Below are positions 23,187 through 39,819 of a stretch of 64,000 nt of DNA, in pieces (within the stretch, counting starts at the first letter, position 1; every line of letters begins with the position of its first letter). The notes below the pieces were generated by a model. It was not told the origin of the DNA. It saw only the letters and a program-made list of their open reading frames with translations, and made no database searches. The stretch is from Macrostomum lignano (taxonomy: Eukaryota), in NCBI GenBank assembly GCA_002269645.1, contig NIVC01004002.1:1-64000 (forward strand), written 5' to 3'. The translations under genes were made by a program, and so were the position numbers.

Positions 23187-24100
23187 AAAGTGGCGACGAT
23201 CGTGTTCAGATACATGCTCAGTTAATGGACCCTTCGAAGAGAAGATGGAAACAGCAATACCAAGAGCGTCTTGAGCAATATTCTTTATTGCAAACGATAT
23301 TGCGACCGAAAAGAAAAGATCAGTCTTTCTTCAGAGCTCGATCATGCGGGAAAGCAGCTACTATGAAAAAATTCCTGCCCACCAAACTGGCCCCGCCTGC
23401 TTAGCCGGTTGGCCCCTGCTTAGCCTGTGCGAGGCCCCGGCACAGGCTGAATGGTGTCGAGGCCTCGCACAGGATTCTGCCTTCTGCAAGTGCAAGGCGC
23501 TGTTCAGCAGAGCGCCGGTGCTCACGCATTTGATGGACAAAGCCGCTGGTGCTGGAGTGCGACGCCTCACCGTACGGCATTGGCGCCGTCATCAGCCACC
23601 GAATAAACGGCATCGACAGGCTGATCGCCTTGCTTCGCGCTCGCTACACGAGACTGAGGCGAAGTACTCTCAGTTGGAGAAAGAGTAGACGCTAGCCGTC
23701 GTTTTTGGCGTAAAAAAGTTTCACACACCCGAATGGCAGGCTGTCACGCTCATCAGCGACCACAAGCCGCTGCTTTGGACTGCTGCACGAGTCAAAACCG
23801 ATTCCTGCCATGGCTTCCAGCAGAATCCAGCGATGGGAGCTCATCCTGGCCATGGCTACAGCTACTCCCATGGTGCACAGGGCGGGCAGTACTGCGTGCA
23901 GTTGCTCTTAGCCGCCTGCCTCTTCTGGACAGGCCCAAGGATGCGTTGAGGCCGGCGGGGATTGTGCTGGTCATGGACTTGCTTGACGAAGGTCCCTGTG
24001 ACAGCTGGGCATATCCGGGTTTATTAGCCAAGTTAAGAACGGATCCTGTGCTATCTAAAAGCGCTGCCATTCGCCGAGTCTGGACAGTTGCCGGCGAGAC
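23187..24100 (+). mobile_element. Internally deleted Gypsy relic (gag start fused to RNase H region)
   Basis: PBS-like TGGCGACGA, then WKQQYQERLEQYF.IANDIATEKKRSVFL (gag), then APVLTH...CDASPYGIGAVISHRINGIDRLIA.ASRSLHETEAKYSQLEKE*TLAVVFGVKKFH...SDHKPLL (RNase H) with stops and frameshifts. Confidence 0.82.
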
Positions 24101-25299
24101 AGAAAGCAACAATTTTCTGAAGCAACAGAAAATATTTTTATTTTTGCCCTGTCAAAATTGTGTCGTGGTTTGAAAAACTGGTGACGTGTTATACTCGTAC
24201 ATGCAGCAAAATGTTGTGTTGTCGGTATATTTCAATTAACGTCCTGTTTTTCCAGTTAAGCTCTTACAGCATGCAAATTTACATAAACATAGAAGTGGAG
24301 TAGCATGTAATTTTAATGTTATTGTTAATGTAATGTTAATTTGGGCTGCTGCGAGCCAATAAGATTTGATATATTTCAAAGCGGCCTGTCTCTAGCTAGT
24401 GGGCTTCTGGCTATTACCATACACAAAGAAATAATATTCTACCATTATAATGGCTCGAGTACAAGTTCATCTCACATCAAAGATATTGTCTGTATCTACA
24501 ACAATACTCGCATAACCACACGTACTATTGCTCAATTTACGGTACATTTTTCTTTTCGTGAAGTAAGTTTTATTTTTCATGCACACGCTTCATTTGTTAA
24601 CGAGATCTTGGTGCTCTGGCCTGGCGTTCAAAGCCAGGCCAGAGCAGCGCCTCATGAGGCCAGCGCCTCATGTGAGGCGTTCAAATAGTTGAATGCTAGT
24701 GGCAGCCTAAGCGTACATAGCAGCATGTACGCTTGAAGGGATAGTTATGTGAACTAAAAGACAGAATTTACTTCACTAAAAGGAACGCTGAAAAATCTGC
24801 AAGTATACTGGTAGCTTGGCCAAATCGCCAAAATCGGAGTCAACAATGAGTTTAATTGGACTTTGCCTGTCCTCCGTCAGCCAGTGTGTGCTTTGCGTTG
24901 GTCACTGAGCCTGTCTTAGATGAAGGCTTCCATTCCAGCCGGCTGCTGGCAATCTGATGGGATGATGATGCATGCAGAGTAAATAATTTGGGACATCTTC
25001 CATTCATAGACACTATCAGCAGTCCTCACTTACTCGATATACTCGTACATTGACCCATTCAATCTTTGTCAGGCTTTATTAATATGAGCTAAACTTAATG
25101 CACATGTACTTCTCTAAACAAACTATATGTAGGCATGTGGTGTAGCTAGTAGGAAAGGAGCCTATCGATAGCAGACCCTCCCGCTCGATAGCAGCGCTGG
25201 CCTAGAGAATAATCTGTGCACACCTAAGCAGGTCTGCCTGCCTTGCCGGGTATGGCAGCACATGGTCTAGCAAAGGGCGGACGACATAATCATGACAGC

Positions 25300-27260
25300 A
25301 AAGCCCCGGATGACTGACTGCGCACTTTTAGCGTCCCTCTGACCCTCGTGTGCCCGAGTCTGCTAAACTTCCCGGCTGCTACGGTGGCTGGTGATGCTTT
25401 CAACTCTTTAGAGACTCGTCTAAGACAGGAGATGTGTTCGATATACCGCAGTATGCGGACTACGGTGCATTATCCAAATCCAGACATTTTGCCTCCCATT
25501 CAGGTGATTTTGAATCAGCGTTTTGAATTTACCTTCTTCTCTCCTCCACCCGGCTTGTGCCTGGCATTCTCCAAAGACCCAACCTTGGATTGAGCCCGCC
25601 ACTCCACTTTCTGATTGGCGATCTGCAATGCAGAAGACGGCTGGATGGTTAAAGCTATAAGAATTTCCTGATAGTCGTTTGCACAGACAAGGCGCTGTTT
25701 GATACTAAAACTCAATGCAAGCTGTTGCAAACCTTCTTCTCACCACCCCCTGGCCTGTGCGATGCATTTTCCAGTGAGCCAATCTTTGATGCCACTTTCC
25801 AATCCAGCTTCTGAACTTCGATCTGCAACACCGAATGTGGCAGAGGCGGATTGTGCGGGGTGAGGCGCAGCGCCAATATGTGTCACTCAGGATAGTCAAT
25901 AGGTGTCACTCAGCATAGCCAATATGTGTCACTCAGGATAGCCAATAGGTGTCATTCAGCGTAGCCAATATGTGTCAGTCAGGATAGCCAATATGTGTCA
26001 CTAAGGATAGCCAATATGTGTCACTCAGGATAGCCGATATTTGTCACTCAGGATAGCCAATATGTGTCACTCAGGATAGCCAATATGTGTCACTCAGGAT
26101 AGCCGATATTTGTCACTCAGGATAGCCAATATGTGTCACTCAAGATTGCCAATATGTGTCACTCAGGATAGCCAATATGTGTCATTCGATCAGGATATCT
26201 GTATTGTAGTTCCCTTCTTGTTCCCTCCTCCGGCAGTGTGCTTTGAGTTGTCTAGCGATCCGATTTTGGACTGAGCCTTCCACTCCGGTTTCTGGCTGAA
26301 AATCTGTGCGGGTTGGATGATACGGTCGAGTGTATGAATATTATTCCTTTGATAAAAACCGGTTACTTGTGTAACTGAAGATGTGGTTGCCCTCTGGCGG
26401 TGTTCTTAAGTTACAAGTAGCTTATGTCAGGTTAGCAGCGATTTTGCCGCCTCTATTACAGGTGCAACTACTTTGAATAATTACTTTAATTACTGTACAT
26501 ATGCAGGTTGGGAACTCCTGTATTCTCAGCTGGGTGGTTTCTTCCTTTCGCAGCGAACGGCCTGCTCAAGGGTGAATGCTCAGCCTCAAGGTGCGCTTTC
26601 TGCTTAGCGCCTTTTTCAGCAAAGCAGCTGACTTTGCAGGACGGAATCAGCTCGCCACCGGCTACAGGGCGATGGAGCCATCATGGTCTCAACGTGTCCA
26701 CAAATCCCTCTGCCTATATGTGTATGACTAAGTAAGGATACATTGAACTCGAACTTTATAAAGCTAGCAGATTAAAATATCTGTATTGGTAAAAACCCTT
26801 GGAAACGAATGAGCTGCAGTTCCCATCATGCAGTCGCCTTACCGTCTTTTTGCCGCCGCCAGGTTTGTGGCTTGAATTTTCCAGGGAGCCGATCTTGGAT
26901 TGTGCTCCCGACATTCTTCCAGGTGTACGAGCGTAATTTGCTGACTTTATTTGGCCGAATAAATTAGACCGTTTTTAAAGGTCCGGCCATCAATGCAGAA
27001 ATCTGAACCTTTTATAGTCTCACAGACAGGAGAGACTGCAGGTCTGATGAAGTCGATCAGCGGCTGCTAGGATCTGATTCGGGCTCAGGGAACTCAGTGA
27101 ATGTTTTACTAACCAAACTAACTTTGCCCACAGTTCGACGCTCATATTTATCGTCTTTCTTTGCCTGATCATTTATTCTCCACCGCGCAGCTCCTGACCT
27201 CCCGTTTCCCGGATGCATAATATGCATCCCTGGAAGCAACCATGCGCTAGTTGCCCGTCA
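25300..27260 (-). mobile_element. Highly decayed CR1/L2-like LINE fragments
   Basis: Two similar patches (about 25575-25620 and 26250-26300) translate as QKVEWRAQSKVG and QKPEWKAQSKIG, resembling the EKVQRRATK motif at the CR1 RT C-terminus; weak support only. Confidence 0.35.
25870..26185. repeat. 23-bp minisatellite (about 13 copies)
   Basis: Unit gccaatatgtgtcactcaggata. Confidence 0.93.
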
Positions 27261-28699
27261 CGTGATATGTTCAAAGAAAAGATGCAAATAAAAGGGAATG
27301 AGAAAGAGCCAGGTGGCGCTTTGAGTTAACGAGAAATGGTAAAAGTGCATCGGCAATATCGTGAGAGCTGAAAAGAGGATGAAGCGAAAATAATGACGCG
27401 AAACGATCCTCCTTAGGGTCGATTGCGCGTTTCAGAAGAGCGCAGTCTGATCAGCTCATTTTGTTGAGGCAATTGTTAGCAAAATTTAAATCAGGAAATG
27501 CTGCATGTGCGTTACATTTATTGTCCTTGAGTTTATATCTTCATTTAAAAAACATTTGACATAAAAACTTTATGGCATAAAAACATTTTAAAAATTCTGG
27601 GGTAAATTTACGAGTTCACGCGATTCAAAGAGGCCTTATTGGATATCAAGAAAGAATGGCGGAAATTTTAAAAGTTGAAGTAAGACTATGGTAAATGGCT
27701 GAAGCCATTTCGGAGGCTCAATGGCTCGAAAAAGCCTCAATGGCTCGGAGGCTGCAATGTCTGCAGGTGTCTAAAATGGTACGCAAGATATGAAATTTTT
27801 ACCATTTAAATGCCTGCTTATGACTATGGCCTACTGGAAATGATGTAAATGTACTTAAACTACTCCCGCTAAATCATTGAAATCCAAAGAATCCCGTGAC
27901 CCAGGGAAGGCTAAAAAAAGGTAAGCAGATAAAAAGAGTCATAAGTCTGTGAATTGGACCCGCTTGTGCAGGCGCCAAGCCCCCGTTAATTCTATACTTT
28001 GCCCCCGTTGACGAATTGGTAGCTCGAAGTCCTCGCTACCAACCACGGAAACGTTTTTTTGTAATATCTGGGTGGTTGAATAGCTCGTACTCCCAGTAAA
28101 GAAATAGTGCTCCACTTTCTCCTTACATATACAGTATATGTATTAGTATGTATTATGTATTTACATATATGATAAATATATTAGTGCTGGGCATCTTACA
28201 TGTAGGCCCTATAGACTCGCTGTTTTGGCAAGTTTTGTTTAAAGCTAAAATTTTCGCCTTTGCTTTGTGTAATGTTTGCGGTATAACAAATACATGTACT
28301 TTAGCCTCAAAAATCTAGTTGCAGCAATCGGAGGTTTTAAAGCTAGCAATATTTGCCTATCGCCGGGTTTGTTGGCTAGTTGTACCAGACTTTCTCCAAT
28401 AGCTGCAGCGGCTTGTGATGAAGATCGAGAATTGATACGGTAAATGATTAACGTGAGTAAAAACGATTCCAGATACAGTTTGATTGAGCACGGATTCTTT
28501 CGCTCGGATAATATTTATGACTGATGTCTAAATTTAGACAAATTATTAAAATTAATATTAAGCACTGGTTAGATGATAAATTGGGGAGTGATAAGTTCAA
28601 GACTGTAATGGAGGTAAGTACGCTAGTATTTCCTAAGGCTGGCCTAAATCTCAGACCCTACTCTCGGATGAGGGCACCCACGGGTTGACAGCTCATGCA

Positions 28700-31010
28700 G
28701 CGAAGGCTCAACCAAATCTTATCGGATCTATATTTCGGCGAAACGCCGGAATCCCTCAGACGACCAGCGCCAAAGAATTTTTCGCTTGCGAGGCTATAGC
28801 GGTTGGGATGGGGTGTCAATGGGCCGGGGCCGAATCAACACGCTTGATATGCTTGACTTAGCTGCGGGTTGGGTTCGTAGACACAACGTGGAAGCGAGGG
28901 TCACCCATTCCGCTAGCCCCTAAAGGCCCGCAGACAGGCAAAGGCGTGGGGCCGGTCAGGGTGGTCCGCCAGTCCGTCCTGCAGCGTGATCTTCCGTAGG
29001 GCTCGTCTTGTCGCCTGGAGGAACTGGAATAGCCGAGGGATGCAGTCAGGCTGGCGTACCTCGTCGACAGATGGGATCGACCCAAGGTAGCGTTGCCGGT
29101 CTCTGGTGAAGAGAGGGCAGTGACAAACAAAGTGCTGAGCATCTTCGTTGTCGTATTCCCAAAAAGGGCAAAGCTCACTCTTTCCTTCGGATTTTGGTTG
29201 AGAAGTATGTTCCTGAGCCTACGAGAGAGGCACGGAACTGTGGCGCGGGATTGCCGGCAGTTCTGGGTGCCCGCCCATATCTGTCCCTGTGAAGGGAATC
29301 AGCATCCAGTCATCAATCTGACGATTGCCCATGCAGTCATCGATCTGACGATTGATGACTGTGAAGGGGAAAAGGGACCAGGAAGGAGCCAGAGCCGCCC
29401 TCTTCGCGAGGGTGTCTGCCAACTCGTTCCCTAGAAAAACTGGGCCTGGAGTGCCCTAGGATCCACTTCAGGCTGACAGTAATGCTACTGGCCAGGAGGT
29501 TGAGCTGCCGGGCGCAGTCAGCGATTTTCCGTGAATTTGTAGTTGGTGTGGCATGGGGCCTGTAAGGCCGCTTGGTTGTAATAATGGACCTCCTGGAAAA
29601 TATCCAGCGGTCCGTGGCAGCATCCCTTGAGGGGATGGTGACCTATTAGCGCTGAAAAAGGTTGGGAGTGCGGGGTTCACTTTCAGATAAGACGCGGAAC
29701 CCGCCGCAGTCTCTCAAGTCTTTGAGGCAGAGGTCGGCAGAGGCAGGAGCTTGCGCTTAGCCATGGTTAGCCCTATATGGCAGGAAACGAATGCCGGGGT
29801 CAATCAAACGGCGGGCAGTCTTGGCGGCATCCCTGACGACAAAGATGTCCAGTGGGGGGATTTTGAGGAAGGCGTTGAGGCTATCAAAATGCGCGCCCTT
29901 GCGTTCTCCTGAGAGTCTCTTGGCAGGTCTTCATCTGCAGGGCGCTAGCCCAGATCAGGATGCCGTACGAGAACGCAGGCCTCGTGTAGTGTAGATCCAC
30001 CAGAGGTGCTTTGGGGTGAGCACCAGGTGGTGCCGACGGCCCTGCGAAGCTGCGCAAGGATTGCGATGGCCATCTTGGCTTTTGCCTGAACGTGGGGTGA
30101 CCAATTCAGCCTTCGATCCAGGCTAATCCCTAGACATTTAGTCTGTTTGCAGAAGGATATTTCCTTTCCGTAAAGCGTGAGTGGCCAAATCTGCCACTTG
30201 GTCCTGCTGGTAAATTTGATCACTGCCATCTTACTCACAGAGAGCTTTAGACTACAGCGATCCGCCCATTGCTCCGCGGCGTAGATGAAATTCTGATGTA
30301 GGTCCCTGTGGGTATCGGGACGGTCCAGACGCCACGGCAGTTTCAGAATCACTTCCATCCATCACTTTCAGAATGGGGTCAGGCCGAGCATCCCGAAGGA
30401 GCTCATCGATGACCATATTCCAGAGAACTGGAGACAGCACCGCACCCTGCGGGCTACCTTTTCAGACGGGGAACATCCTTCGTTGGCCCAGCAAACTGGT
30501 AGTACATGTACCAGTTTGTACTACCAGGTAGTACTGGTAGTACTAGGTAGTACATGATCCACCTAGTAAGATAGATGCGAGTGCGTTTACCTATCACAGA
30601 GGGCTCTGCGGAACGCCTCAAAGAGAACATTATCGAATTGGCGCCATCGATGTCCAGGAAGGTTCCCATGCAGAGCGAAGCCGTTGCCAGCAAGCACGGG
30701 CCTTCTCTAGTTTATCGCCCAGGGCGTGCAGTGCGCTTTTGGTTGAGCGATCCGCCCGAAAACATGCTGGTTTTCGCTAAGCGTTCTTCAGCTCCACAGA
30801 GAGAAGGCGTCAGAGCACCAGTCTCTCCATCAGCTTGACCAGGGAGGAGGTAAGGCTGATCGGTCTGATGGATGTGATAGAATGATAGTCCGGGCGGCCT
30901 GGCTTAGGGGGTGAAAATTTCATTTGCCTCGGTCCAAGCCTATGGGACATATCCAAGCGTGATAGATAGAGCCAGCCTCTAATTCTGAAGGTGGAGCGTG
31001 AGCCCTCTAG
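28700..31010 (-). mobile_element. 5'-truncated, frameshifted non-LTR retrotransposon of R1/LOA/I-like type (RT plus C-terminal Cys/His motif)
   Basis: Motifs TFLDIDGA (about 30650), PQGAVLSPVLWNMVIDELL (30440), KTKCLGISLDRRLNWSPHV-like (30140) and CPF..YDNEDAQHFVCHCPLFTRDRQRYLG (about 29170-29080). Confidence 0.8.
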
Positions 31011-31019
31011 CTCGTCACA

Positions 31020-32150
31020 TGCGGGCAGTACGACTCAGCTCGAATGATCTGGCCTGCCAGCTGGAGTCGCCGACGGCGTAACAGTTCGTTAGCGGCGGTC
31101 AACAGGCCGGTGCGGCGATAGTGTGCCACATTGATGACTCGCTCGTAGCTGATCTTGAAGGCGGCGCGCAGCAAGCCAAAGTGCGTTCGATCGACCTGCT
31201 TTTCGAGCGAACCGTCAGCTTTCAGGTCTCGGCGTTGTACAACAGGAGGGTCTCAGGAACAACCAGGAATAACGCCACCCTCTGACAGTCAGGCGGGGCA
31301 TCGGACTGCAGGACAGCCCTCACGGGACGGAAGGCAGCCCAGGCAAGTCCACGGCGACGTCGCAGGTCCTCGCGAACGTCAGGCACCGGACCGCCGAGGT
31401 AGATGAACTGCTGACAGTGCGAAAGTTTCTTCACCTGCCCGTCAGCGCCTCGGCAAAAAATTACCGCTTTGATATCGTCCGGCACGCAGAGCACGACGGT
31501 TTTCTGCGTGTTGACCACTAGGCCGACGCAAGCCGCAACGCTCACCAGCCGGTCCAGCTGGCGCTGGGCGCCCTCGATGGCCGAGGACAGCAGGTCGGGA
31601 TCGTTGGCTTAGCCAAACACGCTGAGCCGTCTCTCCGGTTGACATCGACCCAAGCGTCGCTGTAGCTCGCTCCCGCTCCCGTCATTAGAAGGGAGAGAGC
31701 AGTCCGCAGCACCCAGTCAAGCTCCAGAACGAACAGGAACGGCACAAGCTTATCTCCCTGAAGCATCCAAAGGATGTCTCAAAGAGATCTGACAGGCACA
31801 GCAGCGCAGCAGCACAGCAGCGTTCGTACCACATGATACAGCGCCATGACGGCGGAAATCAGCGGCACGTGGTACGCGCACGAAGCACCATTGGGAGCAA
31901 GGCCCTCACGAACGAGTCGAAAGCCTTCCTAAGAAGTCAATAAACAGAGCATCCGATTGAGCAGCTTCGCATGCAGCGCAGGACTGCGGGCAGATACCTC
32001 GGTGCTCGGTACCCTGTGAGTATGGCGTGCGTTGATATCGCCGGCAACCATGAGCTCGCAGTTCTTGGCAAAGAAGGGCTCAACCAGCGTAACGAGGCTT
32101 TTGGGGACGACCGCAGCATTGCCTGGTATATTCCGTACCCTTAGCAGCTA
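31020..32150 (-). mobile_element. RTE-like LINE fragment, copy 1
   Basis: FIDF.KAFDS-like, LQGDKLVPFLFVLELDWVLRTAL, DLLSSAIEGAQRQLDRLVSVAACVGLVVNTQKT...FIYLG...LLYNAET; same family as 59700-61170. Confidence 0.82.
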
Positions 32151-32484
32151 AGGCCGATGTCTAACGAAAAGCTCCAGAAGGGTGACCGGCGCCGGTCGGC
32201 TAGTAGGAAAGCATGGAGATAGACCTAAGCTCGTTAATTGGCTTAGTCTGTTTCGTGTTTCACAGGCATGCTGTAATTCTCATACTGCGAGCAATCAATT
32301 AACGCGCTTCCACTGCGCGGAACGTTAATTTGCCTATGCCGGTGATGGAAAACGGCCGGGGGATTAAAAGAAGCGAGAAGGAGAAGCAGGTCAGAAAAGG
32401 GAGAAAATGCAAACTTATTGTCAGCCAAACCCTCCCCCACAAGCCGATTAGTGGGGGCTGGCCTGTCGGGGCCTGGCGAGGGGA

Positions 32485-33500
32485 GGGCTGATTAAGCGCG
32501 CCAGGAATAAGCGCGCCAGGAATAAGCGCGCAACGTGTATTTTTTTGCACGTCGGAATAAGCGCACAGGGAACAAGCGCGCACGGAAAAATGTTGGAATA
32601 AGCGCGCTGCGATATATCAAAATATTGTAATATTAAGCGCGCATCGATATTCCTCGATACAGGAATGAGCACGCAAAGTTTTGTCAAAATACTGTAATAA
32701 GCGCGCATCCATATTCCTAGGTACAGGAAAGAGCGCGCAACGTTTTTTAAAGTCCTGGAATAAGCGCGCACAGATTTTCAACAGAACTAAGATAAAGTCG
32801 AATTTAAACTATGTATTTAAGACGAAGCAAGGTTACAAAGTTAAGAGTTGAAACTGTTAAAAGTTGAAGCTAAGTTAAAAGTTAAAAGTGTCTGCTTGCT
32901 TGAGGCGTGGCAGTAGGTCAGGATGTCCAAAAAAATTGCAACTCCGCCATCTGCAGACGTAACAGAACCCTCTGCAAAACACACACGCCGCAGCAGTGCC
33001 GGAATCTCTGATCTGGTGCATCCATAATGGCGTGACAGGCAGCACCGGCGTCAGCCGGCAGAGGAGGCAGAATTCGGCGGCGCTGTTTCTACAGGGTCGA
33101 CTCTATCTCTGCAAAGCCGATGGATGCTGCACCTGACGATCTAGCAGTCTCGTCATCAAAAATGTCTCGAAGAGTGGGTGGCACTCGAATCTTCGGCTCT
33201 TCTTTCAAGTCTACTCTTTAAGTGCAGAAGCTCCAGACGCTGTCCCTCTGCTTCGTGATTGTGGACTGATGTCACACTCAGGCTACCGTCTTGATGCTGC
33301 AGTAGGCGACCAGGACAGTGTTTGTCGCAGCAGCGGAAACCGACTTTGCTTCTATCTCTGCCACCATGTCTTTTCGATAGACGAATTCGTCCTTTACAAA
33401 AAGTTTTGAATCGCGACGGTTTCCTTCTATGCACTCCATAGCTAGAAGTAACACTGAATAATTTGATCGCAGTGTAATCGGCTTTTAAACGCCGCAATTG
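32485..33500 (-). mobile_element. Decayed Mutator-like element: FLYWCH-type zinc finger remnant plus subterminal AATAAGCGCGC motif array
   Basis: ORF 33156-33497 contains VGFRCCDKHCPGRLLQHQDGSLSVTSVHNH (FLYWCH/WRKY-like C-x4-C...H-N-H). About 8 copies of (GG)AATAAGCGCGC lie at 32490-32770. Confidence 0.55.
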
Positions 33501-35712
33501 AAAGCATAAGTCATATATCAGGCCTAGCTACCCCTGGCGAGATTATAAATGGCGAGATGCATTACACTTTGCAAGCCGTGCCACGTGCTCAAAATCTAGA
33601 CCGCTTCTGATTTGTCTGCTGATTAAAGCCCGGTTAAACTTTGTAAGTGCAATTCTCCTCCGCTGGGCTTAGCTGCATGGTTCTGAAATTACAGCATCGA
33701 ATTATTTCGACTTTTGAATATTTCGCACCAACTCGCATAACTCGCAACTCGCAACTCGCACAAAATAGCAATAGTGAAAATAGCAAAAAACAAATAATAA
33801 CAATGGCGTCATATGCTTACCCTACCTTTGTGCTTTTTGTTTTTTTTGTATTTTTTAAAAATAATAATGTTTCGCCGAAACTTCAAACCAATGATATCGC
33901 TAAATTAAGTGCAATTATTAAGGATAGAACTAGTATTGGCCCTGATATGTAAACAAGTGTATACAAATAATTGGTACACAATATATATATATATAATAAA
34001 AGCCTAGTAGAAACCTTTAATGTACAGTGATATTTAGTAAAAGCTAGAGGTCTAATAAAAATTGGCTCAATGTCAATAGTATTATCCAAAATATATCATG
34101 TTATAACTAACTAACTAACTAGGAGTCTCTACATTTTTTTACCTATATTTCCTCCATAGTTTGGATTGTGTATTAGTGTACACTGGGTCCAATGCCAGAA
34201 ATAAGTAGGGCCTACAAGACCTTGTTTGTATTCTGAGACTGAAAAATATGTCATTGACACAATGTTTCTGCTATGTTATGTATGCCGAGATATACATACA
34301 TTGATGTATACTAAAAATGGCAAGTACCTTTGTTATACACTGGGAAATCCTAGCATAGGCCTGTATGTCACCTTCCAAACTATGGTATTCCCTATATTTA
34401 AAAGTATAAAAATTCATGACATTTTAACTCATTGGTTTTATGAATCTATTTTATTATCCCTATTACACATACTGATACATAGGCCCTAGTCTACTAAGAA
34501 TGATAGTAGGGCCTTGGACTATAGGACAGCCCTTATAAAATAGAAGGTAGCCTAAGCAAGTCCATAGTGACATTGCTGGTCCTTGGAAATGTCAAACACC
34601 AAATTGCTAAGGTAGGCTAAATAAACTGCTAATAGTATAAAAACTGTCACTTGCCCATTAGTGCCTTAGCAGTTTTCAATAAAATTTTCTTATTAAATTG
34701 ACATAAAGTTTTTTATATGAATTATGTTCTTGTCTAGTGGCATGATATATATGTATATATTATTAGATCTAGGCCTATTAATATATAAATTTTTATTTTA
34801 AGTATAACCATAAGATATAAAAGTTTTCTAAAAAAATAATTTTTCATGTCTATAATTAATAGTGAGTTAATGGGATAAACTATATAATGACAATAGGAAC
34901 TTTCATGCCTTCTTTTTAGAATGATTGACAATCAAGCATGACTTTAATTAACCTAAAATTGAATGCTTCATAGTATTATTGACATAGTAATTTCTAAAAA
35001 GTTATTTAATACTAGTATATTATAATTACATAATTAACCTAGAACAAAACAAATAAACTTTAAATAGTAGAGCAAAATCAGTTTCTTAGCAGAATAAAGG
35101 TTATAAAATATCAATCAATTAATGACTAAAACATTCAATTAAAAAGCCTGATTTTGCATTGAAATTTGAATGTATATCAGCTTATTAAATATAGTATTAT
35201 ATAGGTATGATATAAAAAAATAAAATTAGATCATCCAATATTTTTGTGTCATTTCAAGTATTAATAAACTGATCTTGATCTTTATTTTCAATAAAAACAT
35301 TAACTACAATATGAAAATAGCATTTGTTGGAATAGAATATCAAGATCATATTATATGAAGCTTATATTGATAACTATGGTATACTTCATATGCATAGAAT
35401 ATAGAAATTTTCATTTTTTTTCATGAAAGACATGCAAAATGTTTTTTGCAATGCCATGCTAACTATCAAAAATGGTTATTTAAATGCTAACTAGGTGATG
35501 GCTAAATAATTTCTTTGTAGTCCTTTAGAAATTTGCTACAATGTAATTAACTGCAACCCCAATGTTTGATAACCATATAAACTAGTTTAATGAGCACTAT
35601 ACTCTATCCATGCCAAAGTAATAAAGCTAAATGTTGTTTTAAATCAATTGAAAAAGTTGCTTAATAACTTGGGAATTGCTTTTCAATACTCAAGCAATAC
35701 CCGTGCTTCTAA

Positions 35713-38925
<3,213 letters not shown>

Positions 38926-39703
38926 GCTGCTGCTGTGAGACCCAGACTGACAAGTTTTTGTTGTAGAGTAAGGAAGCATTTTTGTTCTCAAATGGAATTA
39001 GGTCAAGTCTGACAAGCCAAGACAGTCCTGTGGCTCGAGCTGAAGCTCTGTAGGGTTTGCTTAGCTGTGCTTTTGATGTAATTTTTTGCCAGCACTTTTT
39101 TATTTTAGTCGGAACTGGGCCGGGAATTTTCGTATCAGTGTTAGTGAATAAATAATTCTAACATTTTCGTAGACTAATGAAATGCTTCTCATTGCCCGTT
39201 CCTGCGGTTTTTCATCTCAGTAAAGATTGAAGCTACTGCCTGACGTGCTGGAATGGCACAGACAGCCACCCCCTCCCAATGCTTTGTAATGCTAAGTTTC
39301 AATGAAGACTTACATATTATTAAAGAAAATACAAGGCTATTGTCGAACTGAGTTAGATCTTGCTCTATAGTTAGTAAATGTTATAAAATCGACATTGGAT
39401 TCTTCTTTGAATTTGAATTTTTATGTTTTACTGTGAATTTTCTGTACCGTACGTGCGATTTTATTCGCCAGTAACTGCAGTGGTTGGTAGGCTCGTAGAG
39501 CTTATCAGAGCCTGTTCTTTCAGTGATGATTGCACTTTATATTTCATATCATAATACAGAAATGACATGTGCTACAGCTAATTAACTAAATATCTCTTGG
39601 CTTAAGTACTGTAGGTACGAGTTCAACTTTCACCCAAATAATTTAGTACGAGTAAAGCATTGGCTTAAAATTTTGCTTAGCAGAAGGTTGTATAGCCTAG
39701 TAG

Positions 39704-39805
39704 GGTTATAGCCTAGTGATTAGAGCGTGGGACTCAACGACTTGAAGGTCGGGGTTCGATTCCCGATTCCACTGGAACAATTTGTGTCATTGAGCAAGAT
39801 ACTCG
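39704..39805 (+). mobile_element. tRNA-derived SINE head with CORE-like segment
   Basis: Pol III A-box-like TAGCCTAGTGATTAGAGCG and B box GGTTCGATTCCC, then TTGTGTCATTGAGCAAGATACT resembling the conserved GTGTCCTTGAGCAAG SINE central domain; no complete acceptor stem. Confidence 0.65.
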
Positions 39806-39819
39806 ATTGGAGCAGTTGT

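Noticed and set aside
39704-39770. Functional tRNA gene
   Set aside because: A and B boxes are present but the acceptor stem does not close and the sequence continues into a SINE-like core.
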